32,000 bases of DNA from Methylophaga frappieri (GTDB taxonomy: Bacteria; Pseudomonadota; Gammaproteobacteria; Nitrosococcales; Methylophagaceae), in assembly GCF_000260965.1 (NCBI RefSeq), contig NC_017858.1:15826-47825 (forward strand). Reading direction: 5' to 3'. Made by a program: the position numbers and the translations under genes. The notes beneath the pieces are model-generated. The model was not told the origin of the DNA, searched no databases, and saw only the letters and a program-made list of their open reading frames with translations. Shown here piece after piece: positions 31,141 to 32,000 of the stretch. Numbering within the stretch: position 1 is the stretch's first letter; the number at the start of each line of letters is the position of its first letter.

Positions 31141-31176
31141 CCACACCCTAGAGAGCATTGGTTTCGGTGTGACAGC
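31141..31176. repeat. Bipartite motif, copy 2 (CCACACCCTAG-N17-GTGACAGC) upstream of the kleE-like gene
   Basis: ccacaccctag is at 31141-31151 and gtgacagc at 31169-31176. The first block is part of tagggccacacccta (31136-31150), a TAGGG-N5-CCCTA inverted repeat reminiscent of a shortened KorC operator. Confidence 0.6.
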
Positions 31177-31217
31177 GCCGGGCCAAGCGCCCCGGTCAAG
31201 GCCGGGGCGTATCCTTC

Positions 31218-31454
31218 CTAAAAGTCAGCCCGGTTTTTTGCCTGTTCTACGGCCTCGATTGACCATTTCCCCTTGGCGTCACCTTCCAGTTTAAGACTGG
31301 CAAAATAAGCCTCTTCACGCAGCTTGGCCGCCCGTTGCTCCAGTTCCTGAGCTTCTGCCATCTTGTCCGCGATAGTGTCACGGCGAGTGGTGAAGTCGGT
31401 CGCGGCCACGTTCGGCAGGGCATCGACCCAAGACATGATTTTGCTGGTAGTCAT
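31218..31454 (-). CDS. KleA-like small protein (assigned by position)
   Basis: I prefer the ATG at 31454 (GAGGAAAA RBS). This gives a 78-aa product, MTTSKIMSWVDALPNVAATDF.... It is the first gene after a KorC/KorB-controlled promoter. Confidence 0.55.
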   Translation of the reverse strand: MTTSKIMSWVDALPNVAATDFTTRRDTIADKMAEAQELEQRAAKLREEAYFASLKLEGDAKGKWSIEAVEQAKNRADF

Positions 31455-31504
31455 CGGTTTTCCTCGGTTATTGACCTGGGCGGTGTGCCCGGCCTTCACT
31501 TAAT

Positions 31505-31534
31505 ATATTAGGGCAAAATGCCCTAAGCTGTCAA
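31505..31534 (-). promoter_or_regulatory. Promoter of the kleA-like gene with an embedded KorC operator
   Basis: On the minus strand the promoter reads TTGACA (31529-31534), 18 nt, TAATAT (31505-31510). The 19-bp palindrome TTAGGGCAAAATGCCCTAA (31508-31526) fills the spacer and resembles the RK2 OC TAGGGCATAATGCCCTA. Confidence 0.7.
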
Positions 31535-31560
31535 GCGCAAAATCCGATTTATCGAAACAT

Positions 31561-31573
31561 TTTAGCGGCTAAA
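31561..31573. promoter_or_regulatory. KorB operator (OB), perfect, about 27 bp upstream of the kleA-like -35
   Basis: TTTAGCGGCTAAA. Confidence 0.85.
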
Positions 31574-31604
31574 ATCACAATTCCAAGCATTTCCTTCCTG
31601 GCGT

Positions 31605-31859
31605 TCAACCTTCTTCCCAAATCTTGCCAAGCCCGGCCATGTCGCAAAGCAACGCCCACGCGGCATAGGGAATATGTGTTTCTTCCCCGATCCAGCGGCG
31701 CACCGTTCTATCGCCCTTTTGCCCAAGCCCGACCTTTTTAGCAGCTCCGCCACCTGTAAGCCCGGCAAGCCGCAGCACTTCGCGGATTTCATCGCCTGTC
31801 GGGCGCTCCCACTTTTCAGCAGGGCGCAGGCATTCCAGCCTGATATTCGGATCACTCAT
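31605..31859 (-). CDS. korC: KorC transcriptional repressor
   Basis: 84 aa. MSDPNIRLECLRPAEKWERPTGDEIREVLRLAGLTGGGAAKKVGLGQKGDRTVRRWIGE..IPYAAWALLCD.AG matches my recollection of RK2 KorC. A cognate-looking operator lies just downstream. Confidence 0.7.
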   Translation of the reverse strand: MSDPNIRLECLRPAEKWERPTGDEIREVLRLAGLTGGGAAKKVGLGQKGDRTVRRWIGEETHIPYAAWALLCDMAGLGKIWEEG

Positions 31860-32000
31860 TGTTTGTCTCTCCTGTGTCTATGACGGGGCGCAACTGATCA
31901 AAGCTGTAGATCGAATGCACCGATTTAGGGTTGTACTGGACCACGCGCCGCCCGTTACGATTGATACGGTACTTTATAGGCTCGTCGTCGTGTGCCCACA
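31852..32000 (-). CDS. 3' end of an upstream gene (klcB position), partial at window edge
   Basis: The minus-strand frame is open from 32000 to TGA at 31852-31854. It reads ...WAHDDEPIKYRINRNGRRVVQYNPKSVHSIYSFDQLRPVIDTGETNNE*. The stop overlaps the korC start by 8 nt. Identity is not established. Confidence 0.4.
   Translation of the reverse strand, partial: WAHDDEPIKYRINRNGRRVVQYNPKSVHSIYSFDQLRPVIDTGETNNE

Noticed and set aside
6848-31573. Possibility that the repeated 13-bp palindromes represent a CRISPR-like or REP-type repeat array
   Set aside because: The copies are kilobases apart, several are inside genes, and there is no regular spacing. The sequence equals the IncP KorB operator consensus.

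Overview
Two very different DNAs are joined in this window. Bases 1 to about 2820 are AT-rich. They carry iron-related genes: the tail of a membrane-protein gene, a TonB-dependent receptor, a convergent bfd-like [2Fe-2S] ferredoxin gene, and candidate Fur boxes.

From about 3030 to the end the DNA is GC-rich and colinear with an IncP-1 (RP4/RK2/R751-type) conjugative plasmid backbone. In order it contains:
- A 5'-truncated trbL, then trbM, trbN, a TraX-like trbP and an OmpA-like gene.
- A lower-GC cargo island (6.6-12.7 kb): a small ORF, an acidic protein, a membrane-anchored HExxH zincin, a double-HTH regulator split by an IS1380-family element, a serine-resolvase operon and a DEDDh exonuclease.
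- The Tra1 operon on the minus strand: traC (ArdC-like plus primase), a hyper-acidic ORF, traE (topoisomerase III), traF, traG, traI with nested traH, and traJ.
- oriT with a recognisable nick region, followed by the leader operon traK-traL-traM.
- A minus-strand block: a PRTase-domain protein, a KfrB-like protein, kfrA, a 47-aa ORF, korB, incC with nested korA, two kle-like genes, korC and the 3' end of one more gene.

Seven perfect KorB operators, a KorC operator and a variant KorA operator are visible. No rRNA, tRNA or CRISPR array was seen.

The least explained parts, and my best candidates for something new, are:
- the acidic protein / membrane zincin / HTH cargo module;
- the PRTase-domain gene in the leading region;
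- a C-terminal SRG-containing tail shared by the relaxase and all three kfr-position proteins;
- the hyper-acidic ORF inside the primase operon;
- the unexplained junction that truncates trbL.

All family assignments come from reading the translations and from remembered RP4/RK2 biology. No searches were run.
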